Assembly: GCA_965644295.1 (NCBI GenBank) | Contig: CBFFRP010000001.1 | Location: 62,001-126,000 of the forward strand | Direction: 5' to 3' | Length of the DNA stretch: 64,000 nucleotides | Source of the DNA: Paraphysomonas bandaiensis | Lineage: Eukaryota; Protista; Chrysophyceae | In this document: positions 16,826 to 29,452 of the stretch, piece by piece | How the letters are laid out: each line of letters opens with the position of its first letter | How positions within the stretch are numbered: the stretch's first letter is position 1 | Program-made: the position numbers and the translations under genes | Notes under the pieces: model-generated | Databases searched by the model: none | What the model saw: the letters and a program-made list of their open reading frames with translations, nothing else | Told to the model about the DNA's origin: nothing

Positions 16826-17091
16826 ATGTCCGCGAAAGTATTAAAATCAATTGAATCTGAAATCGAGAGGCGTGAAAGAGAGCTTGAAGCTGCTAAGAGT
16901 GCTGCACCAACAAGCGTAGGGGCTGACAGGTATATGCATCGTATGATATCTATTTATAACACTGTATATAACACTGTATTTACAGTATTGTAGATTATAT
17001 ATCTAAAGCTGAGGAGCCACTAACTGACGAGACGAATTCCTCACCATGGAAAGTGTCGAGCAATAAGTCCCCGTGTTGTATTATATTATAG
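16826..17091 (+). CDS. Heterotrimeric G-protein gamma subunit, 69 aa, 2 exons (16826-16929, 16986-17091)
   Basis: Spliced translation MSAKVLKSIESEIERRERELEAAKSAAPTSVGADSIVDYISKAEEPLTDETNSSPWKVSSNKSPCCIIL*. It has an N-terminal coiled coil, EPL (DPL-like) and SPW (NPW-like) motifs and a C-terminal CaaX box CIIL. The intron is 56 nt, GT-AG. Confidence 0.85.
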
Positions 17092-17790
17092 TCGAATGAA
17101 ACTAGTCGTTAATATGTTAACATATATGTATTCAGTCACTTCATGTAACCCTTGTGTCAAGATGAAGTTGGTATCGTAGCATGGTAATAATTATTTTGTT
17201 TAAGAGAGGAACATACTTCTAATTGTAATTATGTATCACTCAGCGCTTTTTTGAATGTGTAATATAAACTAAGAAAACTAGATATGCTGACAATTATACA
17301 CATCGAAGTATATGTTATCCAAAGATTGAGTATCAGAACTGCGGGTAGTAAGAGTCTACGGGAAAATGCAATAAGGGCAAGTGCTGTATTACATTGTTAC
17401 GCTCTTTCCCATATTATTGGGTGTTGTAAGATATATATCAAGAATTTTTAACGCTCAATGCGTAATTTACACCACCCAATACACCTTTGAATAAGCATTA
17501 GCTCATATTAGACACCACAGAACTATCATATTAGCACCGGGAAGTATAGACATTCAACTTTAATATTTGATTGGAAAATTAAACCACCTTATATTGACAA
17601 TCAATGTAAAGTTTAAAGTTCTGTATCTTTATATTACATAACTTTAGGGAAGGTCAAGCACTCTTCGTCTGATAAAGAAGACCTGGATGATGTCAATACA
17701 AGTAATCTACCCTCTATACTCCATACTAGGATATTGCAACTATACTTTAAGCTTTAAGTTATTTACTTGTGAGTTTAAATGCAATACTTA

Positions 17791-18296
17791 CCCTCAACAA
17801 AGTCGGACTCGCACCTTTTCGTGGTGTTCTGGGGTATAAGTACCGGAGAAATTTCTACAGAAAACTAACGTGAGCCGCAAACATAGTCTGCAGATATTCT
17901 TCTGCCCGCTCATAGCTGAATGCTTGTGTGGTACAAGGGACACCAATAAGTGCCACTTGTGTAGACGTCTTTGGGTCCTGACGAATAAACAGGCATCCGG
18001 GAATGGACCCACCTCAAGGGCATTCGGGACAGGGCCCACCTGAAGGGTAACCGGGGTATTGGGCTGCCTACTGAAGTCAAGCATCCGGGATGTTCACCTT
18101 AAGAACTCAGAGCGGAAGTGGTCGCACCTTGGTGCTTGCAGCGACGCACAAGCAGCTTCCGTAGCGTTAAATAGTAGGATAAAATAAGTGTGTACTGATT
18201 AGTTACAGGTAGAGGTCTAACTAGAAGATCTAGCATTTATAGCTACTGAGTTGGTGAAGGTTTTTAGCCTATTGCTAATAATAAGACTTTCAATAT
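17791..18296 (+). mobile_element. Unclassified dispersed element, near full-length copy B
   Basis: CCCTCAACAAAGTCGGACTCGCACC ... CCTATTGCTAATAATAAGACTTTCAATAT, with several internal hairpins. Confidence 0.88.
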
Positions 18297-18826
18297 GCGA
18301 TATTTACTGAAGCGTCACCTGCAGTTTCCATTTTCTCATTATCCTTCTGCGGAATTGATATCGTTGTCAACTATTAAGGTGGTTTTGACGACTAAATTTA
18401 ACACTTGCTACTCCCTTGTGTGGAAACGATTTAATTGTAACAATACTTGAGTTTTTTAAAATATAAACTGGTTCAGCTACCAGCAACCTACAAACATTAT
18501 ATATACTAAAAACTAGGGTATCAATATTATAACAATAAGTTTAAATTCAACCCAGGGATAAGGACTATTGACTATTGTACCTTGTCTAATTTTAATTATA
18601 GCTATATGCAATTTAATTAATGTTGAAAATAATTATTCATTCGGGTAGTTAGTGTGTTAAACGTCGGATAACTTTTTGTTACAAATATGTATCAGTACAA
18701 AGATGCAAAACACCTGTCACTACGTTATTTTACTTGTTCTAATGCTAAGAACTAGAACTAAACTACTCCGCACGCGTCACCCTCTGTCTATTTTCTCTTT
18801 ATACCGATTCCTCCAAAGAGGTGTTA

Positions 18827-19678
18827 TCATTTCAGCGGATCAGTAACTGACTGAAGCGTAGAAGAAAAGCGCGCGGCGGGAGGCGGAGGATAGGGTGTCG
18901 CTGTAAAAAAGTCAGAGTCTGCGCGGGCCCAGAGGAAGTCCACTTGTAGTAGATACTGATTATCTCGTGAACGTGCACCATACAGGTGCGGGTCGTATCT
19001 TAAGTCGATAATATCGTAGAGGCGAAAGCCCTGTGACTCTAGCAGTAGGTTGATGTCGGTGAAGGTGGCAGCGCCAGGATTATACTGATGTATGGATGCC
19101 TCAAGACACACTAGTTTCACCCCACGCAAAGTCTTTTCGGCACCTCGGAGGGCAATAAATTCTGCACCCTGGATGTCCATCTTCAGCATGTCCACATTGC
19201 GTACTCCTCTCCGCTCTAGAATATTATCTATGGTGTCCATCTCGCGCTGGATAGAAGTGATACTACGGCTAGCCATGTTGTCATAGCTCTTCTCGCGAAA
19301 CACACTCCCTCCAGTGTCATAGTGTTTATGCACATGAAATGTAATAAGCTTAGTCTCATCACCAACGATGTGAATCTCATATGGGGATCCCACAGCCTTA
19401 AGATATGGCTCTAACTTCGGATTGGCTTCAATCATAAAGTACTGTGCATGCGGAAATATATCTTTCATTAGTTTAGTCCAGTCCCCTCTATTGGCACCAA
19501 CGTCTACAATGGTTGTTATATTTCCTGAGCGCTCTGATGGAGTGTGACTAGATGATAAGTGCTGTGCTGCATATGCCAGTGTATGCATACGCTTCCTGTA
19601 GAACTGTGTAAACTTCTCGGCATTGATAGTAGCAACAGACAAAATAAATAGCAAATAATAGTAGAAATATGGATTCAT
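18827..19678 (-). CDS. FkbM-family (Methyltransf_21) SAM-dependent methyltransferase with N-terminal signal/anchor, intronless
   Basis: Motifs IVDVGANRG, MIEANP, LKMDIQGAE and LESQGF; hydrophobic N-terminus. Confidence 0.9.
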   Translation of the reverse strand: MNPYFYYYLLFILSVATINAEKFTQFYRKRMHTLAYAAQHLSSSHTPSERSGNITTIVDVGANRGDWTKLMKDIFPHAQYFMIEANPKLEPYLKAVGSPYEIHIVGDETKLITFHVHKHYDTGGSVFREKSYDNMASRSITSIQREMDTIDNILERRGVRNVDMLKMDIQGAEFIALRGAEKTLRGVKLVCLEASIHQYNPGAATFTDINLLLESQGFRLYDIIDLRYDPHLYGARSRDNQYLLQVDFLWARADSDFFTATPYPPPPAARFSSTLQSVTDPLK

Positions 19679-20172
19679 ATTCTATATCTCTTGTATGAAG
19701 TCAACTGCTATCATGCGATGGGTAACTAGCTACCTAAAATTATTGCACAAAATATGTGAACGGCTGTGTAGTTCAAGCTAGGCCGTCATGGTACGGAGTT
19801 TCTAGTGAGTGTGACTAGTATCAAGTGCGTCAAAAAAGTACAACTACAGCAGTATACTGTATGGCATACAGTAAAGTATGCTGTCTATGCCTACACAGCA
19901 GTATTCCTGTATTTTTATTGCAGAACTTCTACGCAGAGGAGATCTTGAGAAGAAATCCAGAAAAAAAAGAATCCTCTCATACAGAGCGAGTGTATGCCCA
20001 TACAGCAGCATACTCCCATTCTATCTGTATATGTACTGTACCTATACGTAGTAGATACTGCTGCAGGTGTTCCATGCACAGCATACACGCATATATAATC
20101 TGAGGCTCAGATCTCATATATATAAGTACATATCCCTTAAACTCCATCCATAATAATCAAACATAATCTACA

Positions 20173-21459
20173 ATGAGTGACGAAGTAATCCACGCTGATT
20201 CTATTAGAAATGATACGGATTCAAAGACTCTTACACGTCTTGTTATGACTCATTCACGGGATTCGGAGTTTGTTATACTCATGAACGCTATTCAGGTCAT
20301 AATAACCCAATTAGCTCAACCAATCACTCATATCTGACCCTATCAGACGGCCTGTAAGCTCATTTCAAGATCAGTGAGGAAAGCAGGTGAGTTAATGTCC
20401 TGTTAATGCGGCACACTCATGTATATGCAGGTATTGCTGGGCTGTACGGACATGCCGGAACAGAGAATTCGACTGGTGATGACCAGAAGAAGTTGGATGT
20501 CTTGTCAAATGAAATGATGGTTAATGCACTATACAACTCTCATGTGTGTTGTGTGCTGGTGTCTGAAGAGAATGACGATCCTATCATCGTACCAGAAGAA
20601 ATGCAAGGTCACCTCTGCGTCAATGTGCTCTCATGTATCTTAAGAGTAATATATCCACAGGAAAATTTTGCGTGGCATTTGATCCTTTAGATGGCTCCTC
20701 AAATATTGACTGCAACGTATCCACTGGTACCATTTTCTCTGTCTGGGAGAAGGTTGTTCTGGAGAAAATATGTCCTCTTATTTTAATATGCTCATTCACT
20801 CATTCAGGTATCCAGTGGTCCAGCGAGTGTGAACGATATTCTACGCCCTGGAAGAGAGGTGCGGCGTTTCCAACGTATTTAATGAATACAGTGCCCTCAT
20901 GTACTCTTGTTGTCAGATGATTTGTGCTGGATATTGCTGCTATGGAAGTGCGACAGAGATGGTCATCACTTACGGGTCTGGAGTCCAAAGGTTTACCTTG
21001 GACCCCTCTATCGGTGAATTCATTCTTACCTCACTGCACTTGGGTATTCCCGAGCAACCCAAGACCATTTATTCCATCAATGAAGGCAATTACACCACAT
21101 GGGATGAGTGTATGCAGCGGGCTATAGATGGGTTCAAGTTCAATCAGCCTAAGCCCTATACCGCACGATATGTCGGATCCATGGTTGCTGATGTGCACCG
21201 AACCATTTTATATGGTGGAATTTATCTCTACCCAGCGGACAAGAAAAAGGGTAACGGCAAACTCCGCATTCTATATGAGGGGTTTCCGATGGCGATGTTG
21301 GTTGAGAAGGCTGGCGGGGCCGCTTCCACGGGATTGTTCAGAGGAAGCATCACAGATATGCTCGATCTTGTTCCCACCGGCATTCACGACAAATGTCCTG
21401 TCGTAATTGGATGTACGCGAGATGTGCAGAGAGTTCTCAAGGAGTATGCGTCATCGTAA
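20173..21459 (+). CDS. FBP: Fructose-1,6-bisphosphatase class I (cytosolic type), 6 exons
   Basis: Motifs [47 protein letters not shown] and GKLRILYE. Start ATG at 20173 ([10 protein letters not shown]); no obvious targeting peptide. Confidence 0.96.
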
Positions 21460-21739
21460 TTGTCTGGGTGATAGAATGAGTGTTGGGTGTTGTTCCTGCT
21501 CGGACTTTTACTACACCCAGCATCGATCTAGAGTTTCTAAGGCATGCGCTTTAAGTAATTGACACAGACTTGCCTTTGACAAACCTATCCTGTATTTCTA
21601 ACCTACTATAGCTACTTGCATCAAGCGACTCGTATCAGTAGAATATGCGCACCAGAGTGTGCAGTTGAGTATAGAGTATAGTTATAAAAGATACAAAGAT
21701 ACAGCACATACAAAAACGTCGAATTGTGACAATTAATAC

Positions 21740-21875
21740 CAGGGTTGCATAACAACTTATTGCAATTTAATTGCAGCTGTTTTCTTAGCAATTAAATTGC
21801 AATTATTAGTAATAGCTCGCGCAATAACAATTGCAATTTAATTGCGAAGAATTGTCTAATTAAATTAGTTACTCA
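21740..21875 (+). mobile_element. Putative hAT-like DNA transposon left end with CAATT(T/A)AATTG subterminal palindromic repeats
   Basis: Begins CAGGGTTGCATAACAA, like CAGGCTTGCGTAACAA at 45216. No matching right TIR found. Confidence 0.5.
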
Positions 21876-22674
21876 TTGGTCCACAATACGAATATTCTTG
21901 ACGTCATATTAGAGGACGCTTATGATATATGCTATTTTTGCCATCAACCTTAGTAATAACGTAATAACACAAAATTTATAGATTTTCAATAGAATTCTAG
22001 TGATTATAGTAGTCTTCTAAACACTATATAAAATTAAAGGTTTCAATAAAATATGTTTATTTTAATGTGCAAATAGTCTAGTCAAATTGCAGTCTATTGC
22101 TTTGTAGCAATCTACGTGTACAAATAGATAGAGTGGAGTGCATCTGTTTACTGCTCGCTTAACATCACTCTTAATATAACTATATACTATATATATGGCC
22201 TTAATATTCAGAAAATATGCACAATGATTTACATGCAGACGCCATTGATGTAGTGCTCAACAAACAAACAAGATGGGCAGTAGTACCTACTAGTGACTTG
22301 TTTCATAGCCAATCTATTTAGCATATACCGTATACGCATACATCTCTATGAAGAGTATTAAAAACGTTGTCAATAAATGAAGATATGTGAGTGTGCTTCT
22401 CAGCAACATCATATACTACAACATGTATAGAGGCAATTATCATTCGTTCAAATTTGCTAGATTTGTCTTCTCAAAAGAAATCAGGATTATCTGATCTATT
22501 ATAGTCGCGATCTTATATTTATACTTAAGTTTTACCCTCCCACGGAAGATCTTAATCCTGATGTACCAGTGAAGGGCGAGAACAATAACGATGTTGTGTA
22601 GAAATAGTAATTAGGATTCATAGTCTGTTAACTAACTAGTAAAATTTAGGTAGCACCACACTATATCTATATAT

Positions 22675-22736
22675 GTAGTGAACGTATTATTAGCAATAAT
22701 AGGCGTTGAAGAGTCAATGCTGAACTCTGATATCCT
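22675..22736 (-). mobile_element. Dispersed element, terminal fragment (inverted)
   Basis: GTAGTGAACGTATTATTAGCAATAATAGG...AACTCTGATATCC is the reverse complement of the end of copy C. Confidence 0.7.
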
Positions 22737-22953
22737 CTCATAGCCTGTTAATAAATTTCATATAATACTGTCTATATGACTACCTATTATCCAAGTTTAT
22801 AATTCGAAAACCTTAAAACACAGCTTTAAATTAAACAAAATAGCTATACTCAGCATACTTAAATTAGATTTGTAATGTTTTCTAATGTCACTACAGAGAA
22901 ATAGAAGTTATGTGCTAAAGGAAGACATATATATATTTATTCTATTTTGATTA

Positions 22954-23140
22954 CGGAAGTGGTTGCACCTTGGTGCTTGCGGCGACACACAAGCAGCTTC
23001 TGTAGCGCTAAATAGTAGGATAATAGAATTTGTGCTGATTAGTTATGGGTAGAGGTCTAACTAGTAGATCTAGCATTCAACTAGCTACTAAGTAGGTGCA
23101 GGATTTTAACACCTATTGCTAATAATAAGACATTCAATAT
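22954..23140 (+). mobile_element. Dispersed element, truncated copy (right part, B-type end)
   Basis: Colinear with 18113-18296. Confidence 0.85.
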
Positions 23141-23321
23141 ATTCTATTTTGACGCTTCCTAAATACGTATTCAAGGTTGTTGAGAGGGTTGACTCACACG
23201 ATACTAACGTATAAAAACTATTTAAAATCTGTTCTGATCAGATTATCAACAGTAATTTTGAAATTTAAAAATACATTTACTTTATAATTTAAGCACTACT
23301 TCCTAGTAATAAAATATAGAT

Positions 23322-25039
23322 TTACTGTGTTTTGGTTTTGTCCTCGAGCTGCTTTTTCTTTGACGTCACAAGGGAACTCATCACACTCTTAATTTCATCC
23401 CTATGCTTGACAAAAACAACTCCTAGCAGGAAGACAAACAATACAACACCTACAGTTAAGTGCACTGCGATATCTTTCAACGTCATCTCTGACGACGCAA
23501 ATACTGTGGACGACATGTATACACAGCAAGACACTGCAAATGCAGACAGAATTTCAGCGATACTTGGCAGGCACTCTCTTACCGGGCTTATTGTGTTTGC
23601 ATCAGCAAAGTACTGCTCTATAAATACCACGTTGCATATAATCCTCACACTCATACTGAGAGTATTGGCAGAAATTATTCCAACAGTGCCATACTGGTTT
23701 ACAAGATAAGGTGCAGTAAGCACAAAGCAAACGGAACTGAGAAGAAGAGATCGATTTACTGGGCTCCAAATGCCACTCACAGCTACACCTTGCATAAAGG
23801 CCTCGGAAACACCATTTACTCCCATGGAAAATATATACCAGCAAAATGCTGATAGGGCAAGAATGGTTTCCTCCTGATACCACTTGCTCCCCAGCACTAC
23901 TTTGACAACTACTCGAGCATACGCCGGCCCAAAGAGAGGAAACACCGCACCTGTCAGAAGCATCAGGCGGAGAGCACCCCGAAGAAGAATGGATATCGCG
24001 GAATACGCAGTACCGTCATCGCCACGTTTCTGAGAGCTTGCCATCTGCGAAAAAGCGATACGACAAGTTTCTTCGACTGGTTGAAACAAAAGACGCGCAA
24101 CCAGGGATCCGTAGTTATGGATAACCGCGTACACCCCTTGATCATAATGGCTAGCTGTAAGAGACAGAGATATCTTATCTGCCTCTGTGAGGAGGTGCTT
24201 CAAAACGGATGAACCAGTCATATATACAGCATCTCCAAGAGCCTGAGGGCCGAACATTGATGTCAGTGATGTGCTAGACGACACTTTATGCCGAGGTAAG
24301 AAGCATTTTAGTGATGTCTGCGTCCCTGGCACCGACCACGTATGTGCCATCAAAGTAATGCAATGAGACGCACCGTACATGAGTTGAGCGAATCCGAATC
24401 CAGTCACACCCATATCCCACCGGACAACACACAGGTAGGTGAAAACACTGCGTGCTGATACTGCAATTGAGTCAGCACGAACTCTAGGAGTCAGATTGAA
24501 GGCGTTATTATAATAATTAAACCACGGTTCACCGACACACTCCAATAAAGCACCAGTGCAGTAGAGAAGAACGACTGTGCGGCTCATACCGCCCACAATA
24601 TTTGGGCAGTACATGTATATCACCACTGTGACGAGGAACACAACACAGAAAGGAACCCATGATAAATTTACCAGCTGCTGCCTCTTTTTCGCTGAATCAC
24701 TGCAGTTCACTCGTAACAGCGCCAATCGTATACCCTCTCTATCAAATGAGTGCCATTAGTACACATATGTGTATATAAAGTGTGTGCATATGTGTATATA
24801 TAACAGATATGAGTTCAGATATGAGTTCAGTCATACCGCGATAAGAAAAGAAGAGTAGAAAGAAGCAGCTCTAGCTGAACAGATGCGATGCCGAATACCT
24901 CAGGACTGCTCTGTCTGATGATGATCTGATTAACGACAAATGTAAACACTTTCTGGAATACATTCGACACTATGAGCCATCTCGTGTTGGTCAGAGTGGA
25001 TATGTGGATGTGTTTGTTGGTGTCTGTGGACTGTGTCAT
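23322..25039 (-). CDS. RFT1: RFT1 (Man5GlcNAc2-PP-dolichol translocation protein), 2 exons (25039-24837, 24738-23322)
   Basis: Splicing restores LFLSREGIRLA. Also KHLLTEADK, QGVYAVIHNYGSLVARLLFQPVEE and NGVSEAF; multi-pass hydrophobic protein. Confidence 0.94.
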
Positions 25040-25456
25040 GATATACTGATACTATACACGTATATATGTCTGTATGTGTTGATATGTACGTGTATTGTAT
25101 GCTAATAGACTGTATGTGTATGACAACAGTCCGATCCCGTGACCCCTGAAGTAGATGAGGAGAAACAAGTCACTTGGATGTGTGATAAACATGTATTGGT
25201 CACTTACCTGCTGAAGAATGCTGTGGTGGGTTGCAATATACTGTATGACTGGAATGGATTAACTGACTGATATGGAACAACAGTGTTGTGCACTGTAAAA
25301 ACCCCAACATCTAGATTATGTATGGAATTTCCCACCATGGAAGTTTCGAGACTATACTGTGCAGTGATGTACATACAGTACAATACAGTAGCAGTATAGA
25401 GTATAGGACAAAAAATCTGCAGGTTTTCATATAAAAAAGCTGATGTTTTTGCAATA

Positions 25457-25562
25457 TAGCTGTAATACAGTTGTACAGTTGTATAATCCACCGTATAGCT
25501 GTAATACAGTTGTACAGTTGTATAATCCACCGTATTGCTGTAATACAGTTGTACAGTTGTAT
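25457..25562. repeat. 39-bp tandem repeat (~2.7 copies) in the RFT1/VPS41 divergent region
   Basis: Unit GCTGTAATACAGTTGTACAGTTGTATAATCCACCGTATA. Confidence 0.9.
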
Positions 25563-25791
25563 GATATGCGTGGTGATATGGTGATGCCGTGTATCCTCAA
25601 CTCTGCCCATCTAGCCGAGGTGTTTTTTATAGAAATAGACATCGCTCCACTACGCACGATTATATACTGCTGTGTATATATGGCTACCTCTTATTGATTG
25701 CACCCATAGTGTAGGGTTTCATTGATTGTGGCGATGTCATTCCCCTTAACATTTTATGTGATGCAGCATATGTAGCCTACCGGTGCATCCA

Positions 25792-28700
25792 ATGAACGAA
25801 GTATTCAAGTATCAACGAATCAAAGTAAGCGAAGTGATGAAGTGAAGTGAAGTGTCGTTTTTGCAGTATGTGAATTATGTTATGAAAATTCGTGTTACAA
25901 GCAGTATACAGTAACATATATACGTACATATACATACATATGTATATATATACGTGTACATTGACGTATGTTTCAAGGGAAATCTATCAGAGCTTTATAA
26001 GTCAGAAACTATCACCGCATGTTGTTTAGAGGAGAATGCAATCATCATCGGCACAGAGACTGGCTATGTTCATGTATTGAGTCTGTCTGGTAAAGTAATT
26101 AAGAGATATCACGCGCATGAAGGGACAGTCACTGGATTAGCAGTCGACAACAATGGAATTACGATATTCAGGTAGATTGTAATGCTCTGAGAGCCCTCTG
26201 ATGATGTCTTCCAGTTGCTCTGAGTGCGGATCAGCTGTTATTAACACCATGGGGATTGATGGGGACGAGAAAGAGACTGCTTTGACTGTTACTCAGCCTT
26301 TAAAGGCGATATGTGCGGAGGACTCTGTATCTTCGAAGCGAGAAAGGTCATTTATAGTAGGTATGAGATGATATCTTGTGGTCTAAGTCTGTAGTGGGTG
26401 CTGATGGTACTGTAGGTGGAGCAGGAGGGCAGCTTATTCATCACCGTCACGCCTGGTTCTCGCAGAAGGATATCGAGCTTTTTAGGGGGTCAGGGACGCC
26501 TGTGTGTGCTTTGGCCTGGCGAGGAGATGTGGTGGCGTGGGCAGATTCTAGTCAGGTTCGAGTGATGGACGTGGCAACACAAGCCGCTATTTGTTACCTT
26601 AACAGGTATGTGACCCCACAATTCGTTATTATCAGCTGAAACACCTTGTAATAGCCCTCCCAATGTCGGACCCAGTAATCCCTTCCCTTGTCGGCTCTTT
26701 TGGGAGAGTGAATATGTGAGTGATTATGTATTCTATTATGTGTTTCATAAACCTACCGCTTCAGGATCTGCTCGTCGGTTGGGCGGACAGCTTGCGTCAC
26801 TTACAACTGGTGTACACCTCCTACAGTGGAGGCGAGGACGGACAAAGTCGTAGTGGACAGGCAGATATTCGAGCCAGACTTGTAGCTGACTGGCGATGCG
26901 ACACTATAGTGTGTGGAGTGTCCTCTTTCGATCAGGACCATGTAGCAGTTCTGGGATACACCCCTCCTGACGACAAGGACGACGGTGGAGCGGTGGGACC
27001 GGAATTAATGCTGATGCATCGCAGTGATGGTAGTGTAGTTTCCGCGGATGTGTTGCCTTTGGTTGGGTGGGACGAACTTTCCCCTGAGTCTTTGCACATG
27101 GTTTCAAACTACTCTTGTTATTCCCGCCGCTCTGACTATCTCAAATGGAGTCTGGCTGCATCTTCGAAGCGAGGGGGATACCGTGGTCTTCCACCTTTTA
27201 CATATATACTATCGACTCATGACGCGGTTGTTGCCCGAGTGCGAGATGTTAATGATCGCATCACTGCTGCTTTACAACAGGGTGATTTGAGAAAAGCAGT
27301 GGACCTCGCTCAAGGCGACAGGCACACGCTTCGTATATACCAGTACCACGACTTAGTTCGAGCGTATGTGAACTCTCTCTTTAACGAAGACAAGGCGGAA
27401 TTGGCTGCAGAAGAGTGTCATCGGTTGATAGGAGGGGATGCAGACGGCGCGGCGCTGTGGGAAAGCTGGATATTTGAGTTCGCAAACCGCAAGAGATTGA
27501 GTTGTATTGCACCGTACGTTCCAGTTGAGACCCCTCGTCTTTCGAATTCCGTATACAAAGTTATTCTGGAAAACTTTCTCCTAGTGAACCCTCAGGCTTT
27601 CCTCTCCGCAGTCAGGAAGTAAGTTGGCTTGTAAAAAAGCTACTGCTATATCTATTGCGTTCTTATGACTTTCTGGTGCGCTACTATTTGCAGATGGGGT
27701 ACTGTTCGCCCCCCGCTGTTCGATGCTGCCTCATTACTTGACCGGGTGGCTAGACAGGTCGAGACTCGTCGGAAGAGTGGAACAGATGCTGCTGACCCAT
27801 GGCTACTTGAAGCAAAAGCCCATCTTCAGACATTATTACATCAGGTATTACTGGAGTTCCTTTCCTTCCTAATTCTCTATGCTCATAATTTTATCTGATG
27901 AATAGTACGACAAAGCTCTGGAATGCTACCTTGAAATTGAGCCTAGTGAGGCTCAGCTCCGTGCACGCTTTGAAGACTCTGATGCTGACGGTGCCGACAT
28001 TGGCGATACTGGATTAGGACGAGACTTTCAATATGTTTTTGACCTTATAGAGAAACAAGACCTCTTCCATGTTATCCAAGACAGAGTTCTCAGACTTGTC
28101 CGTCTCTCTCCAAAGCTTGCAGAGAGTCTACTTGTGCGCAATGTGGAGAAAATACCGGTGTATTCAGTTGTGAAACAACTTAGAGAGGATACGGAGTTGT
28201 TGCATTGGTACTTGCATGCGCTCTCCAGACACGCACCGGACCTCTACAATACTCAGGAGTATGCTGAGTTTCATGTTATGCAGGTTTCGCTGTACGCGCA
28301 TTTCGCTCCCAAGCCAGATACCAAGCAGCACCATCAAGCCAAGGTGGGGGAGCAGCTGGAAGGGCGGCCATTGGTTCTCCGGCCGGACCAGCAGCAGACC
28401 TCTCGGGCTCAAGATAGTGACTTTTTGCAATTCCTTAAATTTAGTAACTTTGTTCCTCTGGAAGTGGTGAGTTGCTCCTGATTATTCGAAATACTATTGC
28501 TGACTATACCAGGCCTTGAGGGAATGCGAGAGGCAACAGCCGCCTCTATACCGCGAAATGATTTATATACTCGCGCAGATGGGTATGGTCAAGGAAGGAC
28601 TTGCGCTTCTGCTGCGTGAAACTGGGGATGTAAACTTAGCTGTGGAGTATGTTGAGGTAATGCCGCTTCAATGTTTGTATTCCCCCCGATGAAGCTTTTG

Positions 28701-29452
28701 TCGCAGCAAAATGATCCTGAGCTCTGGGAGGATGTTGTGAACCACGCGCTCAGTCACCACGATTTCCTGGTAATTTTAAATAAACACTGCCTTTATATCG
28801 CTCGGTATAATACTCATCTGTATCCTCGAAGGCCGAACTCATGGATCTAATTGGCATGTATCACAAGTTTAACCCGCTCACATTAGTAAAGAAGGTGGCT
28901 TTATATTTCATTTCTTCCTAATGTGCTGACTGTTCGCCTTCCCAGCTGCCTCCCTGTATGGAGATCCCACTTCTACGTCAGCGGCTACTTCGTCTCATTA
29001 AACATTGCGATTTTCAAGAATTTATGCGGGGTCAGTGCCGACTCATCCTGCAGGACGACACGGTCACACTACTCCGACAGCTTAATAGGAGCCAGCGCCG
29101 CGGCATGAAGGTACTTAACATTGGACTATATCTTACTGTTTAAGTTACCTCTATTCGCTGCGGTCAGGTTAACGCGGGTTCCACACGCTGTGCGGGCTGT
29201 GGAAGGCCAACATCAATGCCTCCTCCTCTGCAGGTACAGGTCGCTCAACAGGAAGCTGTGTTGCCGGGCTCCTCTGCAGCTTCCGGAAAGAATAGGAATT
29301 CCGTCCCTGTTTGGGGACTACCCCCTTCAAGAACTCAGAAGTCGTGTGCTGTATCACCCTCATCAAATGCGCCATCGTCAGTGGTTTACTTGTCTAACAA
29401 AATAGCTTACCATATGCTTTGCTTTGATAGAGTTTATGAGAGTGGTGCGTAG
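25792..29452 (+). CDS. VPS41: VPS41 (HOPS subunit), multi-exon: WD40, clathrin-repeat solenoid, degenerate RING
   Basis: First exon MNEVFKYQRIK, then GTETGYVHVL, WRGDVVAWA, LLVGWAD, RDVNDRI, IAPYVP, LHWYLHAL, PPLYREMIYILAQMG, DPELWEDVV and EIPLLRQRL. The start codon is inferred. Confidence 0.88.

Noticed and set aside
17791-17890. Group I intron core on the minus strand (GGCTC/GAGTC P7-like pairing after AAGGT)
   Set aside because: No recognisable P4/P6 elements, the pairing is not kept in all copies, and the copies are intergenic. An Infernal search would be needed.
17977-17995. Hammerhead ribozyme at CTGACGA
   Set aside because: No stem II plus GAAA follows; it is a simple CCTG/CAGG hairpin and is not conserved in copy C.
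17794-18084. 96-aa minus-strand ORF in the dispersed element as a TnpB/Fanzor remnant
   Set aside because: No zinc finger or RuvC D..AA.N motif, and indels in the other copies do not preserve the frame.
18827-19678. Recent bacterial transfer of the intronless FkbM gene
   Set aside because: FkbM proteins are common in protists, and this one has a eukaryote-style signal anchor and ordinary composition. Lack of introns alone is insufficient.
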